Source: Paraphysomonas bandaiensis
Lineage: Eukaryota > Protista > Chrysophyceae
Direction: 5' to 3'
Assembly: GCA_965644295.1 (NCBI GenBank)
Contig: CBFFRP010000457.1
Span: forward strand, 62,001-126,000
DNA: 64,000 bases
Shown here: in pieces, positions 22,682 to 35,179 of the stretch
Position numbering within the stretch: position 1 is the first letter of the stretch
Layout: each line of letters opens with the position of its first letter
Notes under the pieces: generated by a model
Databases searched by the model: none
The model's input: only the letters and a program-made list of their open reading frames with translations
Told to the model about the DNA's origin: nothing
Position numbers and translations under genes: made by a program

Positions 22682-25140
22682 GGTCGGGTACTTCTATCTA
22701 GTCCAACTATCCTTCGTTCACACTTTTCTAGAGCTGATCTTCCCGCATACACTCCATGCGACCTTACCACCTTCTCATTCTTACTGTTAAGACTGTCTTG
22801 ATCCACTATCCGAGGTACAATCTGTGCAACAGTAGACACTAAAAAGTTCCGATCATATTGCACGTTCCTCACTCCCATACACTGCTTTATTTGGATAATG
22901 CTCTCCACTTCATCTGCTACTCTTTTACCTACTCGTGGCATATCTATAGTCTTCACCTTGAACTTGTGATATAACTCTCTCTCTGGCTCAGTTACTCCCG
23001 CTTGAGTAATTAAATATCTTAACTCCATCAGAGACTTCTCAAACGCCTGTGGTGATTCGTCGGATAACTCGAACCTATCGATCTCCATCATTAATACTGC
23101 AGGATCCATCTTTACCCCGAAGGCTTCTGTAAACAATATGGAGAACTGATACAGTGCATATCCCCATGCCACAACATCCGTCTCAGGGGTATCCTCTGCT
23201 CGTCTGTTCCTATCTATGTCCATTTCGAAGTCACCTGATGCCATTCTCCATCTCACCTCTTCAGCTAACTCTCCTTTGAATACTGTTCCTCCTCTTATCT
23301 CCGCTAATATTCTCATGGGTGACATATTCGCAGTATGTGCTGCTGCATAAAGACTATCAAAGAACTGGACACAATCCACTCTCTTCACCATTCCTGTTGA
23401 GCGTCCTAAAGCATCAAAGTCTCTAGGTTGGAATCTCAGCTTTCCTGCGGTCTCCATCCTCATCCATCGAGGTATGGGTATCTTCCCCAACAAGTCAAAC
23501 ACATGCTGCGCAACATTCCGAGTCCTTAGAAAACTCTGACACTTTTCCTCTAACTGCCGATCCAGACTACACTTGTACTCCTTTCCCACCATATTACACC
23601 AGCGGCAGAATGTCTTATATCCACATGTCTCTGCTTCTTCCCGTGTCATAGTCTGTATTCCTGATAAAGGCCCTCTCATAACTCCCTTCCTATATACTCC
23701 TGCGTCGTTATCCCAGTCATCACTATCTGTTTCATCAACTTCCTCCATTACACGCATCCTGTCTAAGGTCCTTCTATTGCTATCACACATGCTCTCTCCT
23801 TTCTGTATCCACAACATCCTTGCCTTCTCTGATAACTCCTTCCTAGCAGCTAATAGCGCCTCTTGCTGAGCCTCCACATACTGTATCCTCTCCCCTATTC
23901 GGTTTAGTTCAGTCAGCTGGCTGAGCATCTTTATACCCGTCTCCATACTACCACTCAATAGTTTACTTCGATTCCGGAGCCAATATTCACACGCCTGACG
24001 GTGCGCTGCAGTCAACCCTTCATTCCCTACTCCTATCTCTAATTCTCTCATCAACAGTCGATGCAACTCTCTTTCACTCTGTACACTTCTACTTAATCTC
24101 CCAATCTGTCCTTTTACACTCCGTTCTCTACTAGTAGGCTCCACCAGCCATTCAGGTACTCTCATCTGCTTTTCTATCTCTTCACCAAGACCTCTGGATA
24201 GGTCCCTAAAATTCACTTCTCTCACATAATCCTCTCTTTTACTATATCCAGGACCTCCTGATGGGCCCCTCAAATCTTCATCTTTCATATAATCATCTCT
24301 TCTACTATATCTAGGACCTCCTAATGGGCCCCTCAAATCTTCATCTTTCATATAATCCTTTCTTCTAATATATCCAGGACCTCCTAATAATGGGCCCCTT
24401 AAATCTTCATCTTTTGCATAATCCTTTCTTCTAATATATCTAGGACCTCCTGATGGGCCCTTCAAATCTTCATCTTTCATATAATCATCTCTTCTGGCAT
24501 ATCCAGGACCTCCTAACGGGCCCCTTAAATCTTCATCTTTCATATAATTATCTCCAGGACCTCCTAATGGGCCCCTTACATCTTCATCTGTTGCATAATC
24601 CTTTCTTCTAATATATCCAGGACCTCCTGATGGGCCCCTCACATCATCTGCTCTTGCGTAATCATCTCTTCTTTTAATCTTCTCTTCTCTTCCTGTGCTC
24701 CTCCACGAGCTCTTCATATCATCTCTACTACTCCTATCCCCCATCTCCAGGTCTCTGCCTCCAAGAATAGGATCACGCATCCATTCTATCTGCTCTGTAG
24801 ACCTTCCAGACCAATTGGGTTGGGTTCCACCTTTCCTGTCATCCATACTCTGCATCCTCAGCCCGTGCTCCAATAGGTCCTTCTGTGCATGGGACCGCAG
24901 TTCCTCCTTAGTCTCCTGTCTCTCCTCTCCCTCATGGTCTAGGCTGATACTCTCAATGTTTCCCTCTTCTGGCAAAGGCTCTCTCTGAGATCGTGCCGAT
25001 AGTGCGCTGGGTGACGCATGGCTGAGTTGATCACTCTCAACCACTGTACCCAGCCCACGTTGTCCACCAAGTGTAACGACTACTGGTGATTGAGCCTCGC
25101 TATCATGACTAACATTGCTGGTCTTATCATCCCTGTCCAT
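22666..25140 (-). CDS. Gag-like ORF with internal peptide repeats
   Basis: ~820-aa ORF in first-ORF position of the LTR element; helical capsid-like C-terminal half; DEDLRGP(L/S)GGPGY..R.DY repeats. Confidence 0.75.
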   Translation of the reverse strand: MDRDDKTSNVSHDSEAQSPVVVTLGGQRGLGTVVESDQLSHASPSALSARSQREPLPEEGNIESISLDHEGEERQETKEELRSHAQKDLLEHGLRMQSMDDRKGGTQPNWSGRSTEQIEWMRDPILGGRDLEMGDRSSRDDMKSSWRSTGREEKIKRRDDYARADDVRGPSGGPGYIRRKDYATDEDVRGPLGGPGDNYMKDEDLRGPLGGPGYARRDDYMKDEDLKGPSGGPRYIRRKDYAKDEDLRGPLLGGPGYIRRKDYMKDEDLRGPLGGPRYSRRDDYMKDEDLRGPSGGPGYSKREDYVREVNFRDLSRGLGEEIEKQMRVPEWLVEPTSRERSVKGQIGRLSRSVQSERELHRLLMRELEIGVGNEGLTAAHRQACEYWLRNRSKLLSGSMETGIKMLSQLTELNRIGERIQYVEAQQEALLAARKELSEKARMLWIQKGESMCDSNRRTLDRMRVMEEVDETDSDDWDNDAGVYRKGVMRGPLSGIQTMTREEAETCGYKTFCRWCNMVGKEYKCSLDRQLEEKCQSFLRTRNVAQHVFDLLGKIPIPRWMRMETAGKLRFQPRDFDALGRSTGMVKRVDCVQFFDSLYAAAHTANMSPMRILAEIRGGTVFKGELAEEVRWRMASGDFEMDIDRNRRAEDTPETDVVAWGYALYQFSILFTEAFGVKMDPAVLMMEIDRFELSDESPQAFEKSLMELRYLITQAGVTEPERELYHKFKVKTIDMPRVGKRVADEVESIIQIKQCMGVRNVQYDRNFLVSTVAQIVPRIVDQDSLNSKNEKVVRSHGVYAGRSALEKCERRIVGLDRSTRPWKFI

Positions 25141-27058
25141 GTGCACAGGTGATGTGGGGTAGGATAGTCTTCTCACAACACTCTTCACTTAACTTCCTCT
25201 TCTTACTCTTTACTTCGCTACTTCTTAACTTTCAACTCAACTACGATATCAACTTTCACTATTATATCTAAAACTCCATATCCTTCTACCTATATCCCCA
25301 CAGTTAATTCAAGAAGCGGTTTCCCAGCCATAAATAGCTAGTTTTCTACTTCCAGAAATAATCATATAAAAATCCCTTAACATCATACTCCTATATCATC
25401 CTACAGAATACCTACGTATACCATCATAATACTGTACGGGTTACCATGAACGTCCGTTACATCCGTATATACGGATAGTCACGGTACACTCCAACCCTAT
25501 ATCTGGCCTTAATACTCGTATCTTCTAATCTAATCATAACTACCATCTACATCTCATCTCATACTACAACCTACATCACTTCATCTTATTCTTCAGCCAT
25601 AACAACCTCCTAAATCACCCATACTTGTCATACCCAATTTTGCTACAGTTTCGAACTCCTGTAAGGCTTGGAATCATTAGCAAGAGGAGCTTTGATAGTC
25701 CTAAACGATTTGGATGGCAATCGATTATCAACTTCTGAAGTAGAGGGAATCGTGCCTAACAATTCAGGCACGTCTGCAAACATATTTTTACTCTGAAAAC
25801 AGCAGGCTAACGGGAGACTTCTCTGTAGAAATGATATCTCAGCAGTACCTCGGTCACTCAAAATAGTATTCCGTGGATCATTGAGAACGATCCCAGCTTC
25901 TATCATAGCTGCATTCAAAATTTCTATGTCGTCTCTACATTCAGCAAATGTTAATGCAAACCCACATACTACCAAATGTGATTATCAAGGGTTCGTCCAC
26001 TCACAACCGTTAAAAACATTGGTCGTATAATGATATCGCACTGTAGGGAATTCTTCTTCATATGAGAAACATCAAGACCAAATATGCGCCTCAGGTACTC
26101 GTGTTCAATGCAATTCTTGACGTATGGAAAACAAATGCTAAACTCCTCCGTGATGTCGTTACGGCGAAGTTAGTAACGAGTACCGGGATTTTGTTCTTTG
26201 AACAGCTCTAGAAATGGCTCCAGCAATGAAAAACTGCCCAACTGGTCTTCTAGTTGAATTCGACTGAGTGCCGCAGCTTTCTTAACCACATCGGGCTTGG
26301 CATTTATGCCATCAACCAACAGAAGTTGCTAGTTATAAGAGCATATATATATTATACATTGCGATATATCTTTGTGTCGACTCATATATTTGTGTATTCA
26401 GTGGTGCGAACAGAAACATAGGTATACTAATTCTCACGCCCATCCATATCATAAGATTTACATACAAAATTACAGTAGTAAATGCCTTGCTTCACATGAA
26501 CATTATAGTTCGTATATGATGGTAGTGATGTGTGTGTTTCTCACCTGAATGCGGGTAGTGCTACTATTACGACGATCAACTCCAACATCCTTCATGATCA
26601 CTGAAAACTTTTCATTTTTTCAACACCTCGTTCTAAAAGTACTAAATAATGAAGAGTTTATACATATATATATACCTGTGATGCTTATCCGAAGACGTCA
26701 CAAGGAATTCTCACACCATCCTCGCTCAACACATAGCGCTCCTTAATACTTGCAGCAGTAGTCCATCTAGTCTGTTCTATCACGCTTTTACGCCGAGCAC
26801 ATGATGGAGTCATACATATCATTGTAACTCTATTGCTTCCTTGAGCTACATGGTGGATCGCGTCGCAGTTGTTTTCCTGTACGTGTGCCTCCATAACTGA
26901 CTATCTGTTGCATGTGATTCATGACAGATTGATAGTCTGGAAACACTTGATCTTCTTCTGTGAGTTCCATCACGTGCATAGGTAATAGAATGTCTCATCA
27001 TAGTCAATACAGGATCACAATACATCACTAAATAAGTGGATACATATGACTGGATTAA

Positions 27059-27210
27059 CGTATCGGCATTCAGCATCTTAGTTTTCGGAAATAAATTGAA
27101 TCAAAAATGCGTATACATTAATGAACACTAACTACGGCTAGAATACAGATAATTGTTGACTCAATCTTAGAGGCATCTTGGAACAAAAATACACAAAGGA
27201 TGCCGATACG
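27059..27210 (+). mobile_element. ~150-bp MITE (copy 2), inside the MULE subterminal region
   Basis: CGTATCGGCAT...ATGCCGATACG terminal inverted repeats. Confidence 0.78.
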
Positions 27211-27382
27211 AAGATCGATGTACTGTATGTAATACGTATACGGTATACGTTAGCTAGCCTGCATATCTGCTGAGTGTGCTGTATGCATGTTGGTGTATGC
27301 TGTAAAGAAAATGATCAGAAAACCCCCCAAAAATGCAAAAAAAAACTCCAATGTGTCCATCCACCAAAAAAAAAACCGGACC

Positions 27383-28008
27383 GTATGTATGTATGTATGT
27401 ATGTATGTATGTATGTATGTATGTATGTATGTATGTATGTATGTATGTATGTATGTATGTATGTATGTATGTATGTATGTATGTATGTATGTATGTATGT
27501 ATGTATGTATGTATGTATGCATGTATGTATGTATGTATGTATGTATGTATGTATGTATGTATGCATGTATGTATGTATGTATGTATGTATGTATGTATGT
27601 ATGTATGTATGTATGTATGTATGTATGTATGTATGTATGTATGTATGTATGTATGTATGTATGTATGTATGTATGTATGTATGTATGTATGTATGTATGT
27701 ATGTATGTATGTATGTATGTATGTATGTATGTATGTATGTATGTATGTATGTATGTATGTATGTATGTATGTATGTATGTATGTATGTATGTATGTATGT
27801 ATGTATGTATGTATGTATGTATGTATGTATGTATGTATGTATGTATGTATGTATGTATGTATGTATGTATGTATGTATGTATGTATGTATGTATGTATGT
27901 ATGTATGTATGTATGTATGTATGTATGTATGTATGTATGTATGTATGTATGTATGTATGTATGTATGTATGTATGTATGTATGTATGTATGTATGTATGT
28001 ATGTATGT
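27383..28008 (+). repeat. (TATG)n microsatellite, ~625 bp
   Basis: Direct reading; two TGCA variant units. Confidence 0.99.
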
Positions 28009-28107
28009 GTATGGTGTGGAGGGTGTGTCTATATATATATGTATGTATGTATGGTGTATTAAGGGTCTGTTAAGTGTATTGTATCTGTCTCTTCGTATTA
28101 ATTCATC

Positions 28108-29965
28108 ATGTCTGAGTTTGATAATAACGGTAACAGCAGTGGGTCAGATGAGGATGAAGAGGTTCCAGAGAGTGAGAAGACTCCTGTGACTATAGGTGTG
28201 TCTACCTGCATATGTCTTGTATATGTATATATGCGTGTATGCATGTATATGCGTGTATGTGATGCGTGTATGTGTGTATGTGTGTATGTGTATTGGGCTT
28301 TATAGATGCATGTATGCATATACATATATGTGTATATGTGTCTGTATGTATGTATGCATATCTGTATAGGAGTTATGTGTGTATATATGGATACGTATGT
28401 ATGTATATATGCATATGTATATATGTATGTATGTGTGTGTTAATACTGATTTGTTTTTGTTTGATGTGATCTATCAGTTACGGGTTTTCTTGGGGCTGGT
28501 AAAACGACTCTTGTGAATTACATTTTAAAGGAGCAGACGAGCTGGAAGATTTGTGTGGTAGAGAATGAGTTTGGTGAAGTCAGCATTGATGATGATCTCG
28601 TTGGGGACAACATGAGTTCCAAAGAGGACATTATTATGATGGAAAATGGATGTGTGTGTTGCTCAGTCCGTGGTGATCTAGTGCGTACATTTGGAATGCT
28701 TTGCCATCGTAGGAAAGATTTCGATGCCATTATTATAGAAACCACAGGGCTGGCCGACCCTGCTCCTATCCTCTTTACATTCAATAGCAATGCCCTTCTT
28801 CAGGACAACTACCGCATTGACAGCATTGTGTGTTTGGTCGACTCAAAGCATATTGGAATACATCTCGACGAGGTCAAGCCTGACGGTGATATCAACGAAG
28901 CAGAGAACCAAATTGCTTTCTCTGATCGCATTATTTTGAACAAACTGGACTTAGTATCATCAGAAGAGCTGGATGACGTTAAGGACAGAATCAAGAGTAT
29001 TAACAGCTTCGCCGCTATCATTCAGACGGAGCGATCACGAGCTCCCTTAGATCAGGTAATTTCATATATTATATTATCTATATATACAACGGATTCAACG
29101 ATGCTTGTTAACCTATCATACAATAACAGGTTCTTGGATTGAATAGTTTCAGTTTAGACCGCGTGATTGAGGTGGATCCCACTATCATGGAAGAAGATGA
29201 AGTGCAACAGGATCAACCCGAGCATGTACACGACGAGCATTGTGATCATTCCCATGATCATCACCACGCTGACTGCTCTGAGCAGGATTGTGATCATCAT
29301 GGTATATACTATGTCTTTCTTGAGTAAAGTGTATGTTCAACTTATATGGATTGCTGAATTGCATTGTATTACCCTACCTTACATCTTTTGTTGGTGTTTG
29401 TACTGTACACATTCCATTGCATGTAGCGTAGTGTTTTGAATAGTACCACATATTCCTGTAGTTTGTAATGTGCATGTATAGTACTTGTGTTTAATATTAC
29501 TATTTTATAGACCACCAGCACAATGGCCATGGCCACTCTGACGATCACTCTCATAAGCACACTCACTCTGAGTCCGACGCCACACCTCATCCCGAGAAGA
29601 GAAAGAAAAAGAAGCATAATTTGTCTCTTGTCTCCTCCGTGGGTTACACTGTGAATGGATTACTAGATATTCCTAAGTTTAATCAATTTATGAGTGAGCT
29701 TCTCCAAGAGAATGCTCAAAATCTCTATCGCACCAAGGGAGTGCTGGCTTTCGATGGACAAGGCGATGTGCGGTTTGTATTCCAGGGAGTGCATGAGCAA
29801 ATCAACTTCGGTCCCAGTGATCATCCTTGGCCGGAAGGGGCTCAAAAACTAAGTAAGCTTGTGTTCATTGGGAGAAACCTGGACCCCGAGGGAATGAGAG
29901 AGAGTATCAGGTCCTGTACGGTGGAGCCGGAGAAAGCAGAAATCAAGATGCATAAACGTGCCTAG
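28108..29965 (+). CDS. COG0523/CobW-family G3E GTPase metallochaperone (ZNG1/CBWD-like)
   Basis: Spliced KTPVTI-VTGFLGAGKTTL, VVENEFGEV, GCVCCSVRGDL, IETTGLADP, ILNKLD, His-rich linker, CobW_C (YRTKG..FQGVH..LVFIGRNL). Confidence 0.95.
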
Positions 29966-30741
29966 GTTACACTTCATTGTAGTGGCATTCGTAGAGTCTA
30001 AAGTAGCACTGCAGAGGTCGCTGAATATTACATTATATGCAGCAGAATAACTCAGTAAATTAATACTGGACTGGGCGTATTTTATAAACTTGTTTTTTAG
30101 CACTACCTTGCGATTCACATTATTACTCGTTTAATTGATTTGAAGTGCACACGAATGCATTTTTTAATACAAACTGAAGCCGCTAGAAGTGAAGTGTATA
30201 TTGTATATTATGTTGAGTTTGGCTGTTTGTGAGCAATTAAAAGCTCTATTTCAAGGTATTTAAATTATGACCGTTACTTTAAGGTTGAAGGATGCAGTAG
30301 TGGTTAATAGTATTATGAGAACTAATGCCATGATAGTATGATAGTAATTATAGAAGTGGAACTGAAATATGAAATATATTATTGACTGTATAATGCGAAT
30401 GGAAAAGATTCGTGGTTGAGTTAACATGAAATAGGCGAATGAAAATGAATGATAAGTGAAATGGATTAGAATTTATAATTTGAACATGGGTTCTGCGTTC
30501 AGTGTTGTTAGCAATGGCTTATTGACATGAATAAAGGATAGAGTTAAAAACTCTACACTCTACACAGACTACCTGAGCAACAGAATGTCTGGATTTTATC
30601 ATTATTATTCGAAACTAACTACATCATACTCCTGCTTTTCAGATAGCAGATAGGTACATATACTATCTACTATCTAAAGCCTATCCTACACCCACCTCAT
30701 GAACTTAGAAGTACAGTGTGAACTGAGCAAAGAGTGGCATC

Positions 30742-32955
30742 TTACAACTCACTCTCTGGGCCGGAATGCTTTGCAACCTGCGCATTGTAGGCATCTCGAA
30801 TAGCTTCCAGTCTACATCCAATATACGGCATTATATAAATATAGAAACTAATATGTAGGTGTATTGAGCATATGGAGTTTTCAGCATGACTGTAAAAACT
30901 ATCACAGAGTATTCCATAGAGTATTCTAGATCATGTCACAGCTGATCAGCATACCTTTCCGGCCATCCAGCATGTTCTTCCTGTAGTTCTTGGTATTTCT
31001 TGGTCACATATGCGGAGGATCTCGGCCAGCCCTACACTTTGTCAGAAAGGCCTTTGGTAATACTTGGCTTGTGATTCAATGCCAAAAGTATACAACACTA
31101 ACTATATTTGCAATCGTCCACATACCTCGCCGTTTTTGAGTTTCTCGATACCTTCCCAAACAGTACCATTCACAGCAGCATTTTCTTCAAACGAAATGGT
31201 ACCCCCACCATACGACTCTCCCACCAGAGCACTAGCGGTAACATTAGTGTAACATAAATCGAACTATATTTTACACAACTTCAAGCAATATCTTTTTACG
31301 CATTTTCCCATTAATCGACTCTCGTCAATATATGACTCCTACCTGTATGCTTGCTTCGACACTCCTACTACAGGTATAGCCGTGTTGAGGCCCTTCCATC
31401 TGGGCTCCACTCCCATGCGCAGCAAATGCGAATGCAGACTGCTAACAATCATAGCAATACCACCTACAGTGCAATCAACAGAAAGCATACACAATTATCG
31501 TACACATACCTGCATTCTGTACATGCTCGGCTTTCTGAACAAATGAACATGATCCCCTACGGACGAGCACTGCCTTCCCTTTCACGTCCTTCTCCAGGGG
31601 TTCACATGCTTCGGCAGGCTTCGACATGACTAATGGTAACTTCTTGTCCTGCACGCAGGTACGTAAGAGGTGAGATGATATATGAAACGGATAAAGTGCA
31701 TATGGTACATATGAATTTCTGCTACTTAATATATAGAAGGGCAGTACCAAATTAATACCTGATGCGCAACACGTGTTCCAAAATGAGCAAGAAGATATTC
31801 AAAGGAAGTCGGGCGTTTACTGTCCTCTTTATTCGAGCTGGAATGAATGTGCATAATTCCACCTTCCACCAACTCCTTAATCCAAGCTCGCTCCTGGTAT
31901 GTAGCAGGAACGCACCTGAATAGAGTGATGACAATACATTATATACTACAATGTGCACACAAATGACAACAAAAACTACCACATCTGTGCATGCAATTAT
32001 CAATAAGTGCACTCAATTTACGCTACATAGTGCATAATTTTTGACACCATCCGTATTTTGCAGTGCTAAGAAAGGCATACTCGCTATTAACAACCGCACA
32101 AATACATAAAATGTAATGCATACAATACAGAAACGTGACGCACCTAGCTCCAGAGTTTTCGCAGTTAATAGGAACCATATAGCCTTCCATGTAACGGCCA
32201 AACCCACCCTCAGCCGGCCCGTCATCATAGAACAACTCCAGCAAATTACCTTCTTGCTGAGAAATTGAGCCAACGGAGAGTTGAACGTCATGGGCATCCG
32301 GTCCTATACACAGTCATACACCCGGTTAACAAAACTACGATATACACAACAGAACCCATATACCCGGCAAATGATCGATTCCAGGTTCGTTATTGATGAT
32401 AATGATCGCACTGGCAGCTGTCTTCTTAACATTGAGAGCTTTTTGTCCATATGTACAGCGTCCACGGTTTGCCAACACAATATGATCCGAAGTTAACAAG
32501 TGAGCATTTTCCAATTCCGGTCCACATGCATCTCTCGGCTCAGCAAATACAAACCGTTTCTTACCATATGGAGGCTCAATACCAAAATGTGCTCTAAAAA
32601 ATTGAATTGTTTGTGGCCATCCATTCAAATACAGACGTCCCCAAAACCGAGATGATCTTAAACGCATTTGAGCATCAATATCATGCTCTGGTGCGGGTGT
32701 ATTATCAGCTTGAAAATCAAGATTGGAGAACACCTCTGGTAGAGCTAACCAGTCATCTCCTATCTTAAACATTGATGGAGGACGATCAGAATCTGTATCA
32801 GTAACAATAACATTATCAGTATTAGTTGTTTTATCATCTGCTTTAATAGTTATTAATAGAAAACATATTAATAGCCAGGGCGATCTGTTGAGTGGATTAG
32901 AGGGAGTGATAGAAGGTAAGGAGACTTACATGGAGGCTGGAAGGTAGCGGGGCAT
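30742..32955 (-). CDS. Secretory-pathway protein with two PA (protease-associated) domains, multi-exon
   Basis: Spliced signal peptide (PWLLICFLLITIKA); PA motifs EPRDAC...IVLANRGRCTYGQKA and PAEAC...AVLVRRGSCSFVQKA; ends ...HSGPESEL*. Confidence 0.82.
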
Positions 32956-34777
32956 GATAAGAGAAGATAGAATGAGTGTTATATGGATTGTTTGTTGTAT
33001 CTATAGTGTGTTGAGTGTGTTAATATGAGCAACTGACAGTGCAGTGCATGCATGTATGTATGTATGTACACTGCTGTACGTATGTATGTGTATGTGTATG
33101 TATGTATGTACACGTGTATGATATCTGAATAGACTGCATGTATGTATATATACAGTCTACAGCAGTATACATACATAACACAACGGAGTTTTTAATAGTG
33201 TCCGTACAACGGATGTATGTATATATACACAGCAGAATGTACTGCTGTACCGATGTATGTATGTACTGCTGTATGTGTGATGTACTGCTGTATGTGCGGC
33301 AGGTTTTTAGAGCTTATAAAACTAAAAGTTCAAGTTTCATGTAAAAAACTGGCACTTTTCTTACGAAAACCCCCATAATAGCGAGAAGATATCGATCGAT
33401 CATGCATCCTGCCTGAGCACTGCTTTAAGTCACATAAACAAGCACAGATTCACACACAGACACTCCAGAAAGGCTTGAATCACCCTACAAATGAAGAGGA
33501 AGAGGTCATAGAACCCCATCCTGGATACTCTAGACTACACATAGGCTTTAAGCGTACAGTCTCTCTGCTGCATCATATGCATGTAACTCATACACATAGA
33601 AACCATCTGCATATGATGATATGATGATATGGGGGGTCATGAGCAGTCAGAAGCTGACTGGTAATCATCCTCTTATCACATCCATGAGTGTTTACCCCAG
33701 ATCGATTGATAGAACCTGAGATGCATGTACTGCTTGTGATAGAGAGGGTCATACACAGGCATGCATCAGCTACAAATGCTATAAGGTCTCCAGGCCACTG
33801 GATCACCGCCCCGTTTAACCACTGCTTCACAGGTGAATACTCTCAGAGATAGATGAAAACACTCTCATCTTCACATGGAAATACGAAATATATTACATGG
33901 GCAACTTCCTGACAACATGTCTACAAACACATACATTGCAATTAGGAAGATATTTCGATTTGAAGAATCATTTAGTTGCAGTGTCTGAAGTTGAGCGAGA
34001 ATGATTATCACGATACCCCAGATATAGGAAACTAAGATATCTGTTCTGTAGCATATCACCACCATTTCTGCAGAGATATCTTGTTGAACCTAGTCAATAC
34101 GATTGAAATAGACTTTGCCCCATTCCGAGGGCGTGGTCATAGTGTAGCCTGGCTGGTGAACCACCTAAAACACCGAGATATAGCACTGATTCTACTACCC
34201 ACCCACCCGTGTACCAACGTAGCTGACCACATGGATCACGCGCAGATTCTGTTGCCCACCCACCTGTGATAACCATTGCTGAGATTACGCGGAACTTCTC
34301 GTGACCTGCATGACTCAGTATAGGTCTAGTGTGACATTGATCACCCCCCTCCCTCCTATAGAATGCGCGGGTTTTCTCGTAATCTCATATAGGCTATGCA
34401 AGTATATTGTAGATCTAGCTAGAGTGTTCTTGGTGCCGCCACACAAGGAATCCACTGAGATTTTTATTAATAATCTATACGTTCCTTAGCTTAGTCAACA
34501 CTAGCACTTCACTAGGGTACGCTCTCGGAATGGGGCAGACTTGATTCGAAATGATTCAAAATAATCTTTTAATTGAAAATTTAATAACCAATTATGCATG
34601 CCTATAGCTTCGCAATTCAGTGAGGTCTCAATGTAGCATTGCTCAGGAAATGTCATTAAGTAATAAAAGGATAGAGTATATATATATCGACATGGACATG
34701 AGTCCAACATACTAAGTCTGATAGTATCCCTTCATTCTTTCAGCATTGTTCTGAATTGCTAGCTGGTATGCTATTAG

Positions 34778-34948
34778 TGACACGACTACGGGTAGTATTT
34801 GGTATTTGAGCCTCACCATAATATACATCGATGGTTTCGTATCATGTCATACTATACCCTACGCTACTTCTTCCTTATTCTTGCACCTAAATACTAAGTA
34901 GTAGCCTTCTAAATCACCCATATTTAGTCATACCTATTTTTGCAGTCA
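34778..34948. mobile_element. Degenerate, internally deleted solo-LTR related to the 20989-25647 LTRs
   Basis: TGACACGACTACGGGT..GAGCCTC start and CTAAATCACCCATA..GTCATACC..TTTTGC end match both LTR termini. Confidence 0.55.
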
Positions 34949-35179
34949 TAAGATATTTCAATCATTACGAAAGGTACACACACAATTGTTGTAATAGCAA
35001 GTGGAAGAATCGTTGAAATTATTACTGCATTATTGTTAATGATAATAGCCTGTTTCCAGATGGGTTTCGGTAAATGATGTGACGAAGAATGTCATTGATG
35101 GGCATTACTTGTATAAGAATGACATGAGCTCATCAACACTGGTGAGAGATGTTGGACACATCCGAAAGTGCAAACGTTT

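Larger units (their letters stand above)
20989..25647 (-). mobile_element. Non-autonomous LTR retrotransposon encoding only Gag-like and protease ORFs
   Basis: LTRs 20989-21571 and 25072-25647 (TG...CA, highly similar), 4-bp TSD GTTT, PPT AGGGGGAAG next to the 3' LTR, PBS TGGTGGACAACGTGGG next to the 5' LTR; no RT/RNaseH/IN coding space. Confidence 0.93.
20880..27382 (-). mobile_element. Decayed Mutator-like element (copy 1), interrupted by an LTR element; one TIR abuts (TATG)n
   Basis: MULE-domain remnant FGLDVSHM...VCGFALTFAE...ILSDRGTA (~25800-26090); 25648-26980 and 20880-20988 are inverted homologs of parts of 37270-38700; TIR-like end 27270-27382. Confidence 0.78.

Noticed and set aside
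27250-28189. MYVC/HTYI-repeat ORFs (also 35569-37245, 39582-40775, 54884-55560)
   Set aside because: Stop-free translations of (TATG)n/(CATA)n microsatellites.
33400-34720. Short ORFs, possibly decayed coding or TE sequence
   Set aside because: No recognisable motif, termini or second copy in the window.
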